A stretch of DNA of 64,000 nucleotides from Selaginella moellendorffii (GCF_000143415.4 NW_003314421.1:87842-151841), one strand, 5' to 3'; shown: positions 34,771-49,324, numbered from the stretch's first letter. Notes: generated from the sequence alone by a model not told the origin. Numbers and translations: made by a program.

Positions 34771-37700
34771 TGTTAGGCGCCAGCTTTGACTACGTGGTCA
34801 ACGTCAGTCAAAGGGAGGCTCAAGGGTATATTAAGGCATGTTAGGGTAAGGGACTTAACCTACCCTAGGGCTCACAGTGGAGCTTTTGAGGTAGCTCGGG
34901 GGTGGTTGGGTGGTGAGGAACCTCAAGAGGTGGCGTAGCATAGTCTAGGGCGACTAGATCTCTGTCTTTTTGTGCCGGATCATAACATTGGTATCAGAGG
35001 AGTTGGTTGCGATGGCCGACCAAGCTGAACGTTGGAATCCTATTGTCGATGGTGGTGCCGACGATGGTGCCAACGAAGCTGCGGAGATTTGGACCATTCA
35101 AGATGTGGTTCATGAACTGCAAGCCCTTAATAAAAATCAGCAAGAGATGCAAGACGAGATGCATGGCATGATGGATACCATGCGTGGCGTGTTGAGGCAC
35201 TTGAGGCTGGACGGGGTAGCGCTTCAAGTAAGCCTTCTTTGGTAGATCGACTCAAGATTCCAACTTTTTCCGGTGATGGTGGTGTGGACGAGTGTCTCGC
35301 TTGGCTAGCCAATGTGAAGAAGTTCTTGGCTGCTAGAGGAACTCCAGATGCAGAGGCTTTAGTGGCTATTCTGATGGTTTTGTGTGATGCGGGTCTTCGA
35401 TGGTGGAATTGGCTTGAGGAGTCCCGTGTTGCGGATAAGAAACCACCAGTGTCTACTATGGATGAATTTGAGGCTGCTTTCCGTTTATGTTTTGCCCCTC
35501 ATTACGATGTGGAGAATGCTCGTACAGAACTTCGACATTTCCAGCAAGGGAAAATGACGCTCGGGGACTATATTGAGAAGCTTACTCGCTTGATTAGTCG
35601 TGTTCCAACGAAGGATCCGGATCAGAACAAGTCCTACTTCATTGATGGCCTACATAGTGAGAGCATGCGGCAACACTTGCATCATTCTCAGCCTACAAAG
35701 AGTTTGGAGGAGCTCTTTGATGCAGCTCGTCGACTTGACAATGACAAACACAAGTCTCGCAAGCGTTCACGGAGTCCTTCTGTCGAGAATCATCGTGATG
35801 ATCGCCGTGGACACAAGGATGGGAACAAGCATCACAAGTTGAAGTCGGTGGTGATTACTTCAGATGCAAAGGGGTCCAAGAAGCAGAAGTTCTTTGTGAA
35901 GAATTATCGACAGGGTTGTCATAATTGCGGCGAACTTGGACACTGTCCGCAGTTGAAGAACAAGCAGCAGGACAAGAAGAATGGCCAATATTCTTCTCAC
36001 GGTAAGTCAGATACTCAAAGTTACAAACTTTGCAGCATGAGGATGAGGAGAACGACCATTCCAGTCGAAGGAAGCGACTTTCGATCGTTGCTCGTCAGGT
36101 CAACTGTGTGTGGAACAAGATGGAGCTCGAGGATACGCGTGAATCAGCTTTAATGCTGGAGGGCGTGTTCCGTAGCGATCCAATGTGGATTTTACTGGAT
36201 AGTGGGAGCGATGACAACTTTGTTTCGGCAAAGTTTGTTGCGGAGCATGGCCTGGTCACATGCGGTGTTCTTCCATACACAGTGGAAGGTGCAGCTACCT
36301 CTACTCAGCATTTTGATGCTTGTGTCGAGGGGCTGGAAGTGTTGGTTGGCAAAACCACACTTGTGGAGACTTTTTATCTCGCGGATATCCATCGTGTGGA
36401 TCTCATTCTTGGGATGCCATGGTTGGTGAAGGTGGATCCAGAGATAAAGTGGAGTATTAAGCGTATCTCGCTGGAGTATGGTGGCGTTAAAGATGTGTGG
36501 TTTGACGAGGGCGTTCAACCCCCAGTTGTTATGCTCTCTGCTACATCTTTGAAGCGGGCTTGTCGTAATGGAAAAGCACTTTCGAGTTACTTGCTGTTTG
36601 TTCGTGACTTGGGGGACCAAGGCACGTGTGGGGGAGAAGCAGCAGTACGGGATGTACTGGATGAGTTTTCTGATGTTTTTCCATCTGAACTTCCTCATGG
36701 ATTGCCTCCGTTACGAGGTGTGGAGCATGGGATTACATTGGAGCTGGGGACGCGACCAATTTACCGGCATCCATTTCGGTTAAGTTATGTGAAGGAGCAA
36801 GAAGTTCAACGACAAGTCAAGGAGTTACTTGAGTTTGGATTTATTCAGCCAAGTAAGTCTCCATTTGGTGCTCCAGTCTTGCTTGTGAAGAAGAAGGACA
36901 GTTCAGTGCGAATGTGTATTGACTACCGCGCTTTGAACAAGAAGACAGTGAAGGATAAGATGCCGATGCCACGTGTGGATGATATCCTAAACAAGCTTGG
37001 TGAAGCACGAGTGTTTACCAAGTTGATCTGAGGAGTGGATATCATCAGATTGCAATGGATGATGCATCTATCTCCAAGATGGCATTCAACACAAGCTTCG
37101 GACATTTTGAGTTTACAGTTATGCCGTTTGGTTTGACGAATGCACCGGCCACATTTACTCGGTTGATGACGGAGGTATTTGGGCATTATCTTCATGAGTT
37201 TGTGGAGATTTTCTTGGACGATATTCTTGTTTTTAGCAAGAATATGGAGGAGCATAGGGTGCATTTGCGCAAGGTTCTTTTGTTACTTCGAGACAGCAAA
37301 CTTTATGCGAAGAAGAGCAAATGTGAATTTGCAAAGTCGGAGGTGGAATATCTAGGCCATATTGTGACATCTCAGGGTGTCAAGACGGATCCAAGGAAGG
37401 TGGTTATGGTGGAAAACTGGCCTACACTGACTACAGTGGCCGAGTTGCGCAGTTTTCTTGGTATGGCTAGTTACTACTGACGTTTCCAGCATAAGTTTGC
37501 AGAGGTGGCTATTCCTTTGACGCGGTTGTTACGCAAGAATGTGCCATTCGAGTGGAAGAAGCCACAAGAGGAGAGTTTTGTGGCGCTGAAGCGATTGTTG
37601 AGCGAGACTCTAGTGCTTCGCATTGCTGATCCATCGAAACCTTACGAGGTGACATGCGATGCGAGTGGTTATGCATTGGGAGGAGTTCTCATGCAAGAGG

Positions 37701-39692
37701 GACAGCCTATTGCATATGAGAGTCGAACTTTGAATTCTGCAGAGCAACGCTATTCCACATATGAGCAAGAGTTACTCTCTATTGTTCATGCTTTGCAGAC
37801 GTGGCGGCACTATCTTTATGGTGCAGTGTTCGTGGTGTTGACAGATCACAAACCACTTGTGTATCTTTTCACACAGAAGGAGTTGAACACTAGGCAAGCT
37901 CGTTGGATGGTCAAACTCATGGAGTTTGGGGAGCTTCCTATTAAGCATCATCCGGGAAAATCAAATGTGGTGGCAGATGCTTTATCTCGTGTTCGTCATG
38001 TGACGACGTTACGAACAGGATTTTGTCATCATTTGAGTAAGGTGGTCAGCGAGTTTGGGCAGTTGGTTGAGCATGCTCAGGCTTAGGATGCTGAGGTGGC
38101 CTCTTTGCGAGACCAGATGGAAGCCCCCTTCTCATTGGTGGATGGGATTCTTTACTACAATGGCCGTGTATATTTGCCATGGGTGGATGCGTTAATTACT
38201 CAAGTTTTATTCCACTATCATGATCATCTAGAGGCCGGTCATTTTGGGGGGAAGAAGACGTATGAGTTGATTAAGCGCAACTTTTATTGGAGGAATATGA
38301 CGCTACGTCCTCAAGTATTGTAATCACTCAACTTGGGATCTCTAGATGACCTCAGCATCAAATCATGCGAGCTTTGTCAGTGGGTTAAGGTGCCATGGGA
38401 GAAGCTGGGGGGACTTTTGCAACCTTTACCTATTCCTCAGAGCCGTTGGTGTAGTATCTCTATGGACTTCATCACTTGTTTGCCACGAACACAGAGGCAA
38501 AAGGAGCAGGTATGAATCATAGTGGATCGGTTGACGAAGTATGTGCGGTTGTTGGCTCTTCGGAAGACTGTCACTGCCTCAAACTTGGCTGCGGTTTACT
38601 TGGAGAAGGTTTTTCCTGATTTTGGTTTGCCAGAGGACATCATTAGTGATCGAGATTCAAAGTTCACTAGTGGATTTTGGAAAAGCTTTGCAAAAGCTAT
38701 GCAAGTGACTTTGAAACTCTCGAGTGGAGATCATCCTCAGACAGATGGGCAAACCCAACGGGTGAATCAGGTGGTTGAGGATATGCTACGTTGTAGCATT
38801 GGTCAAAGGCAAGGACAGTGGGATCTATATCTTCCGTTGGTGCAATTTGCTTACAACAATAGCCAACACAGTAGAACCAAGCTAAGTCCTTACTTTGCCA
38901 TGTTTGGAAGGCATCCTCGAACAGCGGTGGAGTTGGGTTTGCATTTGAGTAAGGACGTTTAAGATAAGCTTGATTCCGAGGCGACTGATTTGGCCACAGA
39001 ACTTGATGAGATTTTGGTGGTGTGCAAATGGAATTTGCAAGCAGCTCAGGATAGAGCGGAGAAGTTTGCCAATGAGCATCGCCAATTCCGGGAATATAAG
39101 GTGGGTGATCTCGTCTTTGTGTGAGTGATCTTTCCGTCAAATGAGCGGCGGAACACCTTGGTGCCTTTATGGACAGGGAAGAGTGATAAACTTTCCCATC
39201 GATATGCTGGTTCATATGAAGTGCTGGAGCACATTGGTAAAGCGGCTTATCGGGTGCAGCTGCCAGCTGGGGTGAAAATTCATTCGGTATTTTATGTCAG
39301 CCAGTTGAAAGGTGTACTATCTCAGAGTGACGGGCCCAATGCCTCCTTGATGTATACGGCTGTGGAAGATGGACCAGGAGCTTGAGCAGGGTTCCCCAGA
39401 AAGGGTGATCATTGGTACAACTCGTCCTTGGGACAAGGACTTTGTTGGGGGGGAAGAATTGTTAGGCGCCAGCTTTGACTACGTGGTCAACATCAGTCAA
39501 AGGGAGGCTCAAGGGTATATTAAGGCATGTTAGGGTAAGGGACTTAACCTACCCTAGGGCTCACAGTGGAGCGGCGGCACAGTGGAACTTTTGAGGTAGC
39601 TCGAGGGTGGTTGGGTGGTGAGGAACCTCAAGAGGTGGCGTAGCATAGTCTAGGGCGACTAAATCTCTGTCTTTTTGCGCCAGATCATAACA
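34771..39692 (+). mobile_element. Full-length, decayed Ty3/Gypsy LTR retrotransposon copy 2
   Basis: LTRs TG..CA at 34771-34987 and 39460-39692 (16-bp indel between them). PBS TGGTATCAGAG at 34989, PPT gggggggaagaat before the 3' LTR, TSD ccacc/ccccc. Order gag-PR-RT(FLDDIL)-RH(TCDASG)-INT(H..H..C..C, DDE). Multiple stops and frameshifts. Confidence 0.95.
35011..39385 (+). pseudogene. gag-pol of Gypsy copy 2
   Basis: ORFs 35239-36153, 36030-37031, 37055-37480, 37505-38086, 38096-38962 and 39125-39385 carry successive gag, PR, RT, RH and integrase motifs. Confidence 0.9.
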
Positions 39693-39889
39693 CCCCCCCC
39701 CCCTCCCCCCTCCCCCCTCCCCCCTCCCCTCCCCTGGGAGACACGCTTTAGGCTTTCACCCCACAACATATATTAGTGTTCAGGCTTAGAATCTAGAAGT
39801 GGTGCGACTCCTGCAACATCAACAATGAAAAAGTGGTGATTTTTTCTTACTTTTTTTCTTGAGTGTCACAAGACAACTTCTAGGAGCGG

Positions 39890-41080
39890 ATGACATGTGG
39901 CACACTATTCATGCCATGTAACATATATTGTTTTTACTGGTTTTTCAAGGTAAGAGTCACATGACATATTTCGAGCTTGGTGTTATGGTAGTAAATGTAA
40001 TGTTGCCAACTCATATTTTGGCTAAAGTTGGATGTTTTTGAGTTGTTTTTATTTGTATTAACTTATATCGCCACATAATATTCCACATGCACTGAAGATG
40101 GCACACTAGCTCAATGTATCACTATGCCGTGTGCAAGCATAGGGTTTAGAGTAGGGTAGGGTAGGGTTTGCCTGTGGCATATATTTTGAGCAATTTATAT
40201 GCTGTGAGCTGTACCTTTTAGAAGGTGGCATTCAGACAGATGGTTTGGATGAGGTGGTATGCCACGTGACATACATTTTCTACAATATGCAGCCCATGTG
40301 GCACACTTTATATACTCATAGCATGCCATGTGGCAAACCATTGGAGAGGTGGTACCAATGATGCCACGTAGCAAACCCTTGGAAAGGTGGCATCTTGGAG
40401 GTTGCATGCCACATGGCAAACCCTTGGAGGTACCTTTGGACGCCGCATGGCAAACCCTTGGAAATGTGGCATTTTTTAGGTTCCATGCCATGTGACATAA
40501 CATTGGAAGATATCTTTTCTGTATATGCCACATGGCATACCTCAGGCCCTAGATATGTCCTAGCCCAATATGTTAAGCACCTGAGATGTCAGGCCCCGGA
40601 TATGTCGGGCCCCAATATGTTTGGCACCTGATATGTTCGGCCCAGGACATGTCAGGCACCTGATATGCCAGGCCCCGAACATGTCAGGCCCTGGATATGT
40701 CTAGGCCCCAGACATGTCAGGCCCAGGATATGTCCGGGCCCCGATATGTCCAGCCTTGGACATGTCGGGCACCCGATATGTCCAGGCCTTGATATATCTA
40801 GCCCCGGATATGTTGGGCCCCAGATATGTCGGGCCTTGGATATATCTGAATTTTATTTTGATATGTGGCATGCCCTTTGGTTTGTTTTCATAGAGTTTTA
40901 TGGTTTTCAATGTGTGTTACATTGACACGTGGGAGTTTTATGGTTTTCAATGTGTGCCACATTGACACGTGGCATGCCCTTTGGTTTGTTCTCATAGTTA
41001 GAGTTTAGTGTCCTTGACCCTATATGCCACGTGACATATATATGTTTGGACTTGCTTGCCATGCCACGTGGTGACAATCA
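39890..41080. repeat. Repeat-rich non-coding block: TGCCA(C/T)(G/A)TGGCA-type palindromes, ~12/24-bp GATATGTCGGGCCCC minisatellite (~40540-40845), 40-bp duplication (~40893-40972)
   Basis: Read directly from the sequence. Probably internal or subterminal sequence of an unidentified non-autonomous element; ends not found. Confidence 0.7.
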
Positions 41081-41271
41081 CAACACATTATTTCTGACTT
41101 ATATCCTAGTTAATAACTAACTAACAACAAAATTTGGCAAATACACCTTACATTCACAATTGTAAGTAGTATTTAAAGACCATACACTTATATGATATGG
41201 AAAAATACTCAAAGTTTATATAATAAAACAGTGATCTTACAAAAATAAATGACTTGTAAGGAAAAATAAAA

Positions 41272-41389
41272 GAGGGGGTCACTTGGACTTCTCGGGTGGT
41301 CACCCAACCCAATACTATTCAAGCCCAAGGATGTTTAACTTTCGAGGTTTGATGGGATCCAGTGCCATAGTCACAGTTTGAACCCACTC
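41272..41389 (-). rRNA. 5S: Divergent 5S rRNA gene or pseudogene
   Basis: 118 nt on minus, ..GGATCCCATCAAACCTCGAAAGTTAA..CTTGGGCTTGAATAGTATTGGGTTGGGTGACCACCCGAGAAGTCC.., colinear with plant 5S. TATAA at about -26 to -30 (41415-41419) and a T-run terminator directly downstream. Confidence 0.8.
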
Positions 41390-42949
41390 TAAAATATTTC
41401 ACACTCCCCTACCCTTATAGTGTGGGGCAGCTGATCCAAAGCTGCGGTGTACCTCCACAATCCTGTGTACTTTTGGGCATTAGAAAACATGCCTGCGGGA
41501 CCGGTTTGGTACCTCCCCAACAATTCATGAAGACTACACATTTTGGGCCCCAAAACGTGCGAAATGTGGGGTACCTCCCCAACTTTTCGTGAAAAATCGT
41601 GCATTTTGGGCTCCAAAAAAAGCCCGTGGAACACATGGTACCTTTCCAACTTTTCACGAAAAATCACACATTTTGGGCCCCTAGCTTTCCCCTCCCTTTT
41701 TTTTTCCCCTCCCCCCCTTCCATACCAAGTTGCAGGCAGGTAGGGCCTTCCCCCCCTCCCTCGTGCACATGCAGGCTGAGGCCTCAGCCTGCACCTTCTC
41801 CACGTGCTTTGGGCCCAGGAGAGTCCTCCCCCCTTCCTCCCTCTGTCGCACAGCAGGTGGGGGCCCCTCCCCTTTCCCACCGCGTGATGCTGGCCCTTGC
41901 CAAGCAATCGTGCCGCCCCCAAGGCTTGCCTCCCTTGGAAGCTCAAAGGACCACACTACTACCTCCCTCCCACTCGCCTGACAGGTGTGCGGATGTGGTC
42001 CCAAGGCCATGGACCGCACATGACAACTCTGCTGAACGTTGGAGTGGGTGCTGGGGAAGCCACATCGAGGCTCTCTCTGCAGCCGAGAACCCTTGCACAA
42101 CCCACCCCCCATCAATACTGGGGAGGCCCCCCCCCTGCCCTATGTCACCGGCCAAATGCCACGTGCACTCACACATGTGACACTGCCCATGCATTCCACG
42201 TCGAGAGTTCCGCATCTGGATCGCAAATTGGGTAACACCTGGCCAGATGCTGCATGTGCTTGCCACCAAAGTAGCTGAGCACCATTTCCTTCGTCTGGTG
42301 GGCACAGGAAGCCCACAAGGTGAGGAACACAACGGGAGCCATCGAAGTGCCTCGATGTGAGCCAACTCTCGAGCCAACTCTTGTTTGTATGGGAAGCAGA
42401 GCTGGGCAGCTGCAGTTCAACCCCAGCTGCCCAAGAGCCTCCACTCTCCACCCATTATCCTACAGGTATGAAAGTCCCTCCTCTTTCTGGGTCACGTCCA
42501 AGGAAGTACTTGGCGGTGTGACGTGGCTCGCATATAGGGTACGCTCTCCCCTCTTTCCATATGGTGTAGAAGTCGACAAATGCACCATAGTGGGCAACAA
42601 CATGGACCTGTATGCAGCCTTCCTCACCAAAAGCAGCATCATGGAGGGAGAGATCGCGAATTCTCGTGGGTGGAACGCGGTCGAATCTCTATCAACAACG
42701 ATAATGACTGATCTACAAACATTGTCATGGAACAAGGAGGCAATAGTAGAGAGGGTGTGATATGGAGAGACAAGAAGGAAAAACTGAGACAGCACATTGG
42801 CCAAATAGGAGTGTTTGGTTCTTGTGATTTCCTTTGCTTCCAGGAACATAGAATAGAAGATTGCCACTTGGTGTCCAAACTATCCCTGGGAGAACATTTA
42901 TAGAACCCAGCAAGGAAAGGAAAACAAGGAACATTGATCATTGCCAAAG

Positions 42950-45084
42950 GACCCTTACAGTCCCTCTACAACTCCCATTAGATCCTGGTCCCAGGACGTG
43001 CACACATGGTCACCTTCAAGATGCACACATGAACCATAGGCTTGTTGAACATATACGCACCAGCCTTGAACTCAACCAGCCATGCACACTTTCTCCGAAT
43101 CCTCACGCACAGACTTCCATCAAGAATTGACGACTGGGTACTCACAGGCGATTTCAATTTTGTCAATCATAAAGCAGACAAATAGGGGGTAATTCTCACT
43201 GATTGCTGTACCCGAGCAGAGCAGCTTGCATGGAACTCCCTCCTGCTACAACTCGGAACATGTGACGCATATGAAATCAATGGCTTTGTCGTTCATGAAC
43301 CTCGGTTCACCTGGCAAGAGCGACAGCACAGAGGCATCCAAAGGCAATTGGACCAGTTCTACCTCACCATGGAACTGTGCATGCAAGGTGGAAAACTTGA
43401 CATAGATATCACTTACCTAGAATTCTCGGACCATCGTCCCATTCAGCTCACACTCCCACTTCAGAGGTTGCTAGGACCCAAGAAACCAAGTGCCATACCC
43501 AAGAAGTTCTTCATGGACCCAGCCAACAACCTCCAACTACAAGAACAATGGAAAAAGTACAATGGGGACCTGCACTCTTTCACGCTGCAACAGGTTGAGG
43601 AAATCTGAGCCAAGATCCAGAAGGACAGATGAGGAGTCTTCAACACAATAAAACCCGTCTGGATAGTCCTGAACTCAATCAACACTGGCCTCCAAGACAA
43701 CCCCGACGACCCTTGGCTGCAAGCCCAGAAGATCCAAGTCAAGCACCAACTTGACAAGATTGAAGCTGATAAAATGGAAGCGTTCTTACAAGCTGGACAC
43801 ATCCGTTGGCACGCTAGCGAATTCGCACTTAACAAAGAGTTCTACTAGACCATCAAACCCAAGATAATCTCACCCCCAATGTTTGGACTCAAGGATGAAC
43901 ACGGTCGCCTTTTCACTAACCTCAATGACATGCACACATGGCTGAACAGTACTACACCCAGCTCTTCACGGCAGAACCCTAAAGTGAGGACCAACAGAGC
44001 AAATTGAACCAGGTATTGGACCACATCCCAAGGAAGTACACCTTGACAATGTGCTCCAAACTCACAAAACCCTTCACAATGAGTGAACTGTGGGACACCC
44101 TTCATGATCTCAAAGACGACAAGATGCCAGGAGAAGACGGAATGCCACCGGCATTCTACAAAACCAACTAGGACTGGCTTGGTCCAGCAGTCCTCAAGAC
44201 GTGGGAAGAGGTCATGATCACTGGACAATGGCCAACCGGTGCCACAGACGGCCTTATAGAGCTCATCCCCAAAAAGGGAGGAGACATGTCCCTCCTTAAG
44301 AACTGGCACCCCATCTCAATGCTGAACACAATGTACAAGATAGTAGCCAAGGCACTGGCCTTTCGGATCAAACCACTGCTCCCGGAGACAATTAAAGAGA
44401 CATAGGTAGGCAGATCATGGACAACCTCCTCACGATCCTACTGGTGCAGGAATACACAAAAGACATGGCAAGCCAAATTGCTATCATACTGCTGGGCTTC
44501 AAAAAGGCCTACAACTAAGTTGACAGGACAGTCCTCCAAGCCATAATGAGCAAGATAGGGATCCCACAGGCATACATCAGTAAGACAGCATCCCTGTACC
44601 ACTCCGCGTCCAGCCGAGTCACCATCAATGGCACTCTAGGCCAATCGTTTAAGCTTCAGAGATCTATGTGCCAAGGCTGCCCCCTTGCCCTGTACCTCTT
44701 CCTGTTCGTTGCAGACACCCTGGCATATTACCTTGCCCAACCTGGAGGCCCGAAAGGGATCTCCCTTCCCAACTGCCAAAAATCACTATAGGACATGACA
44801 CAGCAACCAACAAAGACCTTCTCTCCTCAGCCTTCGCGGACGACACAGGGATCATAGCAGAAGGCTCACCAGCAAATCTATTGCGTCTCAAGTAGGACCT
44901 CGACCTATTCAATGAAGCAATGGGATCAAAAGTGAACTGGTCCAAATCAATGGGCCTATAGCTACCACAGGACCAACCGCCCACATGGGGAACCAAATTA
45001 GGCTTCAAGTGGGTACACCTAGACAAAACTACCCATCACTATGATCCGGAACCCCAGAACTGTAAGGCTGTCATGAAAGAGCTA
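42950..45084 (+). mobile_element. L1/Tx1-type LINE ORF2 remnant, 5' part (endonuclease + RT)
   Basis: WVLTGDFNFV, RFTW, LDQFYL, SDHRPI (APE). NWHPISMLNTMYKIVAKALA, QGCPLA, SAFADD (RT). Many stops. Left boundary approximate. Confidence 0.85.
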
Positions 45085-45257
45085 AGGTTGGTTTTGAGCT
45101 CATGAGCTAGCTCATGATTTCTCAAACACAAGGAAAACATTGGTTCATCCTGAACCAACATCTTTTCATTTTTCAAGTTTTGATTTAATCTATATTTCCA
45201 AGTAAATTTGATCAATAAAATACAAATATAAATATAGATCCAAACACTAAAAGCAAT

Positions 45258-46336
45258 CTAGACACACTTCTCAAGCTCTGTAATTGTAAGGTTTGTCTGA
45301 TAAATGTGATGGTCAACCTTAGGATCTTGGTTTAGTTCCTGCATAAAAATGTAATAGATGTGCTTGCAAGCTAAATATACCTTTTCCTTGTTCTCCTGTG
45401 TAAAATCTGGACAGGTACAGACAAGATTTTCACAGATTCTAATAGTGTAGCTCATACCCTTTGACGACTCAGTCACAACAACAAACTCTTTAGCCATGGC
45501 ACTGATGTAATTTATCCTTATGATTGTGCATTTCAACGCCTTTGCCAGCTTGATCTTCTCTTGTGCACCTTTTGAAATGGAAGATCTATATTGTATAGCC
45601 TTCCCATTTCTAGCTGGTCTTGTATGCCGGTCTAGTGTTGACATTGGTGGCATAGCAATATCAATAGCAACATTTGAGGAAGTTTTCAACTTGAAACCAG
45701 CCCTCTCCAGACTTTCAATCTCTTCTTTCAAAAGATTGTAGCTTTGCTCAACTGGCCACTCCTCTGGCATAGAATCTAGCTTCAAGATAATTGAGCTGTG
45801 GATCCGGTTTGTATGAGTAACATCAGTCCCATAACAGTAAATCCAACTTGACTGGCAGCCCTTTACCCCTAGATCTCGACAGCCCCAGAAACATGGTACT
45901 GCTGAAGAACTTGAACCTGAGCGCACAAATGCAAGACACTGATCTGGACTCCCAATCATTCTAGAGCACCGCACATTACTCTTGACTCTTCGAATTGCCT
46001 AGTTGATACGAGAAACTAGCTCACAAGCAATAACCTTCTCAACCTCTGGCACTGGATTTACTTGTGTAACAATTGGCACCTCCTCCACTCCACGTTCCTT
46101 ATTTCTTCTCCGGTGTCATGGAACATAATGGTAGTCAAACTCTAGATGGTGAGAGTTAAAAAAAGTGATGTTGGGCCCATCAAATGTCTGTCAACGCTTC
46201 AAATGGGCTGTCCTCATGTCCCCAAGTGGTTCATAACTTTGATTCTATAGGAGTTCCTGTAACAACTTCCCCTACCATCTTAGATATTGACCCTGCTGCT
46301 AGTGTTGTCCCTCTACCAACCCACTCTCGAAGCTTA
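45258..46336 (-). pseudogene. C-terminal part of the SWIM zinc-finger gene of element B copy 2
   Basis: 238-aa ORF 45258-45974 with CTCPDF..CKHIYY. Retains ~550 bp upstream that copy 1 has lost. Confidence 0.75.
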
Positions 46337-49324
46337 GGTGCCATAGATGGTGGTGTGGAACTTGGTGGTAGAAATGAAGCACCTAGTGCTATAGGTGGTG
46401 GGGCAGATCTTGGTGGTGGAAATGGCGGACATGTTGTTGCTTCTGAAGGTCACAGAAATGAGGTGGTAACTATGCTAGAGGCCGACATGATCTTGAATGA
46501 GCGAGTACGTGAAACTATTGTCTAGGCTCAAGAATGAACTATTAGCAGGGTGTTAGGTGAAATGGCTTGGAAAGGATCCCAACATCTTGAGATTCCACTT
46601 TGCCGTCTTAAGTAGAGTCACTGGGTGCGCTCAACCTATGACCTCAACATGGCTATTTATACCTCTTTCACAGAGGTTGGATTTAGGCACATTACTAGAT
46701 TATTTATTGTGTTGTCATCATTCCCCGGAACAAATCGCATAGACATGGTTACTCACGAGATTGAGCAGACTTGGGATCAAATATGGCAGAGGAAATCTCA
46801 GGAGTTTGATATTTTGATGGCATGCCACAAGGAGACACAAGCCTTTGTAGGCCGGATGTTCTTCATTATTGATGGAAACCACTAGTAGCTTGTGTTTTTG
46901 AGATGTATCCAAAAGAAGTTCCAGAATGATGACAAGTGACATATTTGTGTTCTAATGACATTTGTGGAGCCATAGGATCAAAACCAAGCTGTGAGGCTCA
47001 ACTTAGCATGTCACAAGATCAACATGTAAGAATCTTTTACTAGTAACCTTTGTCCTCACCAACTATGTTACAGGCTTAATTAGTTTGCTTTCCAAGCACA
47101 TTCCTTGGTCCATGATATCGAGCACCTTCGATATGTTGGCATGCTTTCTCTCGACGAAATCCAGATGCTGTATAGTCGTGAAGTTATGGAAGCGGTTGAG
47201 GCAAAGCTTGTAGCACGTAAAGGCCAAGAGTTGCTTACTTGGTATCAAGTGCCTATGGATTTTTTGGTTGCAGTCTGGGCAAAGGTATCCTTTTCTTGGA
47301 TGAACTTATGTTTTCTAGTACTCACAAGTTTTCCTTTTAGCCAATTGTCAAGGCAAAGAAAAACTCATATTTGAAGATTACACAAGTGACAGATGAGGTG
47401 CAAAAGAACCTTGAACTGCAACAAATTGAGTAGTGCATTTTGAACTCGAAGAAATCAAAGGTGAAGAAGCTACTTGCGATTGCAGACATTTGCTGCAATA
47501 AAGATTGGTTGGATTGCATTGCAGTGATATGTTCTCGTGACAATAAGTTAGTCACTTTTATCTTTCTCATTCCACTTTGAAATTCTTGTCCTTGTAGGAA
47601 ATGGTAAAACACTTGAAGAATTGATCTATAACATTGCAAAAAGCAAGCTCTCCTTCAACGAACAAACCTCTTGCTTGGAGCTCCTCAACACTTGGCATCG
47701 TAACAATGATAAAAGGTTGGAGAGCAAACTTGAGAATGTGATGAAGGAGAAGCTCTATATCACTCAGAGTATTGCGGCTGTTGAGGAGCTACTTCAAGCT
47801 CCTGGGATACGAAGTTCCTTACTAGTGCCTGCATTGGCATAACACTTCCAGAATATGTTCAAGGTTCCCTTCAAGAGCTTGGGGATGGATGGCTTCCTGA
47901 TGGTAGCTCAAGCTTTATGGATTTCAGGAACCAGTTGGGCCAACCATTTTTCTCGCGGCACATGGCATATAAGTATATTGCAAGAAATTGACTTATTTAT
48001 TTAATCATGGCTCTTTTGTAGGTATTTAAATCATTGCCCAGGTGCTCTAGTGTACACTGCAAGTGTTTTTCTCAAACTCTTAACTGGTGGGAAGAAACTT
48101 GGCATGTATAAGCTAGAGTTCCATTGTCCCATTGCGCGGGAGTGAGAACTTTGTGCATGGTACTTGGAGTTGTGGAGGCAAATGCTATCGTCACCTTTTG
48201 AGCTTGATCTCTACCTTGAGTGTCATCTAGGTTTGATGAGTAAAATTTCCTAGTAGTAACTTATGTTTCTACTTTATTGTAGAGGCACTTTTGGAGGGAG
48301 TGGAGATGCCTTAGGATAAGGACGAGATTCATATTGAGCAAACCGAAGACGAATAAGTGGAGAACCCGGCTGAAAACTCTCTTGCCCCATCTCATCCCAT
48401 AGCAGTTGCTCATTCCCCAGATCCTACTGCCACTGCTTGTCCAGCCCCGACTGCTCAAAATGTACGAAGGCAGCTCCATAGTGAGGATGTCCAAAAGTGT
48501 AAGAACTTGATTTCCAATGACCTTGCTTATTGTAATTTTGTTGTAGATGTCAGAGAAACCAGCTAGCACTCTATACATCGACGTACAAATGCATTCTTTC
48601 CATCCCTCCCCACTGCTACAGAGGATGACCTCCAAGAGTTATCTTCATCGGCTTCACATAAACAGGTATGAAAAAAAAACTGTATTAACTTTAATATTTC
48701 CTGGTTTTGAACACTATTCAGGTTTGCCCTCTTTCTCCTATAGGAAGTGGTGGCAATGTGGAAATAGTTATGAGGGACTACTTTCAGCTTTCCAACAACG
48801 TGAGCCGAGAGTCTTCTATGTTGCATCGATGGATGCAAAGATTGGGAATGAACAATACTTTTGGCATCGACCTCGCATTCTTCGACCTGCCTAATGGGTT
48901 ACCACCTTTACAAGGTGACACTCCATCCTGGAACATCCTTTGACTGGACCATATTTCTCAAGCAGTGGATGTGGCATCCAAGGTGTTGTGATATGAGGGC
49001 ATTATGCTAGTCATTCTTCCCCGTTCTTTATTTTGAGGAGGTTTTCTTGCAACGACAGCGGAGAATGATGACTCTAGACTGGTTGAGTTTGTATCAGGCT
49101 GCCTACTCTCAAACATCCCAGTCGAAACAAAAGGAGCAGGTGGCCAAATCCAAAAGGTTTGCATTTCCTTATTTTTCATATCTTAAATTGATTGCCTCTT
49201 TTCATTATAGGTTTTAGCATGGAACTACCATGCTCTCTACTGCTACTCTTGCCATCACAGTATTATATGAGCTGATGAGTGTGCAGGTTTGGCATTTCCA
49301 AGATATGATAGCTCAACAGATATC

